From contig NC_004459.3 of NCBI RefSeq assembly GCF_000039765.1, positions 1,860,001 through 1,892,000 on the forward strand: a stretch of 32,000 bases of DNA, written 5' to 3'. Of the stretch, positions 30,318-32,000 are shown one piece after another. Position 1 is the stretch's first letter; every line of letters starts with the position of its first letter. Below the pieces are notes generated by a model that worked only from the letters and a program-made list of their open reading frames with translations, made no database searches and was not told where the DNA came from. A program made the position numbers and the translations under genes. This DNA is from Vibrio vulnificus CMCP6 (lineage in GTDB: Bacteria > Pseudomonadota > Gammaproteobacteria > Enterobacterales > Vibrionaceae).

Positions 30318-32000
30318 CTAAGCAACGTTATCCATCACATCGGTATGAGACTTTTTTGCCGCCAGATGCTCTGGCTCAAAGTCATCAACATTGATGGTGT
30401 ACAAACGATGTTGCTCCGCTTCTTTAAGCAAATCGGCTTCATCTTGAGAAATAATGCCTTGTGCTAGCCCCTCTTCTGCAATGGCATCCAAACGTAAGAA
30501 TGGGCGGCGTTTACCTTGTGCTTTACACACTTTGTCAAACACAGGTTCTGCTTGCAAAATCACAGACAGTGCTAGCTCAATCTTGCCTGCGGCGTTGTGT
30601 TCTGTTGGTTGCAAATACTGATTGCGACCAATGCGGCTACGTGTCGCGCTTGGGGTTTGTAGTATGCGTGCAACTTGACTATCGATTTTGTCGCTTGGTG
30701 CTTTGCGCACACGGCCAAATGGCATGATCAAGACGCGCAAGGCTTTACCGATAATGGGGTTCGGGAAGTTGGCAAGAAACTCATCAATGGCCACTTCCGT
30801 TTGCTTCAAGCTGTCTTGCAAACCCCAGTGAACCAAAGGCAGGTCTTCTACAGGGCGGCCATCTTGTTCAAAGCGTTTTAAGGTCGCTGAGCTCAAGTAA
30901 AGCTGACTGAGGATATCGCCTAAGCGAGCTGATAGACGCTCACGACGCTTCAATGAGCCACCCAGCACGGCCATTGAAATGTCTGACAATAATGCCATGT
31001 TGGCGCTATAGCGATTGAGCTTCTGGTAGTAACGTTTGGTGGCATCGTGAGTTGGGGCGTTCGAGCCAAAACCATCGGTCAAACCAAACCAAATGCTGCG
31101 CACAAGGTTGCTCATGGTAAAGCTGACGTGGCCAGCCAAGGCTGCATCGAACTGTTCTACCGCATCAGATTTGTCCGAGTAGGCGGCTTCCATCTCTTTT
31201 AGTACATAGGGATGGCAACGAATGGCGCCTTGACCATAGATGATCATTGAACGAGTGAGGATGTTTGCCCCTTCCACCGTGACGGCGATGGGTGAACCTT
31301 GGTAGCCACGAGCAAGGAAGTTGGAGGGGCCAAGGCAAATGCCTTTACCACCGACGATATCCATTGCATCGATGATGCTGCGTTGGCCACGGTGAGTACA
31401 ATGGTATTTTACAATCGCTGAGATGACCGATGGTTTCTCACCAAGGTCGATACCGGCAACGGTAAGGTTGCTTGCCGCGTCCATCACATACGCGTTACCA
31501 CCTAAGCGTGCTAGTGCTTCTTCTACGCCTTCGAGATGGCCGATAGGCTGTTTAAATTGGCGACGAATGCGCGAGTAAGCACCGGTTGCCAATGCAGCGG
31601 ATTTGATACCACCGGTTGAGTTTGAAGGCAGGGTAATACCGCGACCAACAGAGAGACATTCAACCAGCATGCGCCAGCCTTGGCCTGCCATTTTTTGGCC
31701 ACCGATAATGAAATCGATCGGTACGAAAATATCTTGGCCACGCGTTGGGCCGTTCTGGAAGGGGACATTGAGAGGGAAATGACGGTTGCCGATTTCAACC
31801 CCTTTAATGTCTGTTGGGATAAGCGCACAAGTAATACCAAGATCTTCTTGCTCGCCGAGTAAGCCTTCAGGATCGCGAAGTTTGAAAGCAAGGCCCAAAA
31901 CCGTTGCTACAGGGGCAAGGGTAATGTAGCGCTTGTTCCATGTTAGGCGCATGCCCAAGACTTCTTTGCCTTCCCATTCGCCTTTACACACCACACCGTC
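30318..32000 (-). CDS. fadE: Acyl-CoA dehydrogenase FadE, partial (N-terminus beyond window)
   Basis: Large acyl-CoA dehydrogenase with [69 protein letters not shown]; open frame runs to the window edge. Confidence 0.95.
   Translation of the reverse strand, partial: DGVVCKGEWEGKEVLGMRLTWNKRYITLAPVATVLGLAFKLRDPEGLLGEQEDLGITCALIPTDIKGVEIGNRHFPLNVPFQNGPTRGQDIFVPIDFIIGGQKMAGQGWRMLVECLSVGRGITLPSNSTGGIKSAALATGAYSRIRRQFKQPIGHLEGVEEALARLGGNAYVMDAASNLTVAGIDLGEKPSVISAIVKYHCTHRGQRSIIDAMDIVGGKGICLGPSNFLARGYQGSPIAVTVEGANILTRSMIIYGQGAIRCHPYVLKEMEAAYSDKSDAVEQFDAALAGHVSFTMSNLVRSIWFGLTDGFGSNAPTHDATKRYYQKLNRYSANMALLSDISMAVLGGSLKRRERLSARLGDILSQLYLSSATLKRFEQDGRPVEDLPLVHWGLQDSLKQTEVAIDEFLANFPNPIIGKALRVLIMPFGRVRKAPSDKIDSQVARILQTPSATRSRIGRNQYLQPTEHNAAGKIELALSVILQAEPVFDKVCKAQGKRRPFLRLDAIAEEGLAQGIISQDEADLLKEAEQHRLYTINVDDFEPEHLAAKKSHTDVMDNVA

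Overview
This looks like a Vibrionaceae-type chromosomal window. I judge this from protein character and gene order; no database search was possible. Most of it is conserved backbone: dxr(3' end)-rseP-bamA-skp-lpxD-fabZ-lpxA-lpxB-rnhB-dnaE-accA-tilS, then a cytochrome c, glnB, an EEP-family protein, a YIP1-like protein, mltD, gloB, a methyltransferase (yafS-like), rnhA, dnaQ, a TIGR03503-like protein, a KefG/KefC-like pair, and the 3' part of fadE at the right edge. The accessory part is about 25.8-30.05 kb, between the Kef-like gene and fadE. It is an orphan type VI secretion-type module on the minus strand: a PAAR protein (674 aa), a separately translated AHH/HNH-like nuclease toxin (285 aa), and two tandem immunity-like paralogues (225/226 aa, about 92% identical, exact 674-bp spacing). 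A 13-bp sequence GGAATCT(G/A)ATATG occurs at all three junctions. It carries Shine-Dalgarno-like and start-codon sequence, including a vestigial start codon after the last copy. The nuclease ORF has its own SD and an in-frame stop just upstream of its ATG, which argues that the effector is genuinely split rather than simply frameshifted. No tRNA, rRNA, CRISPR, IS element or integrase was recognised.
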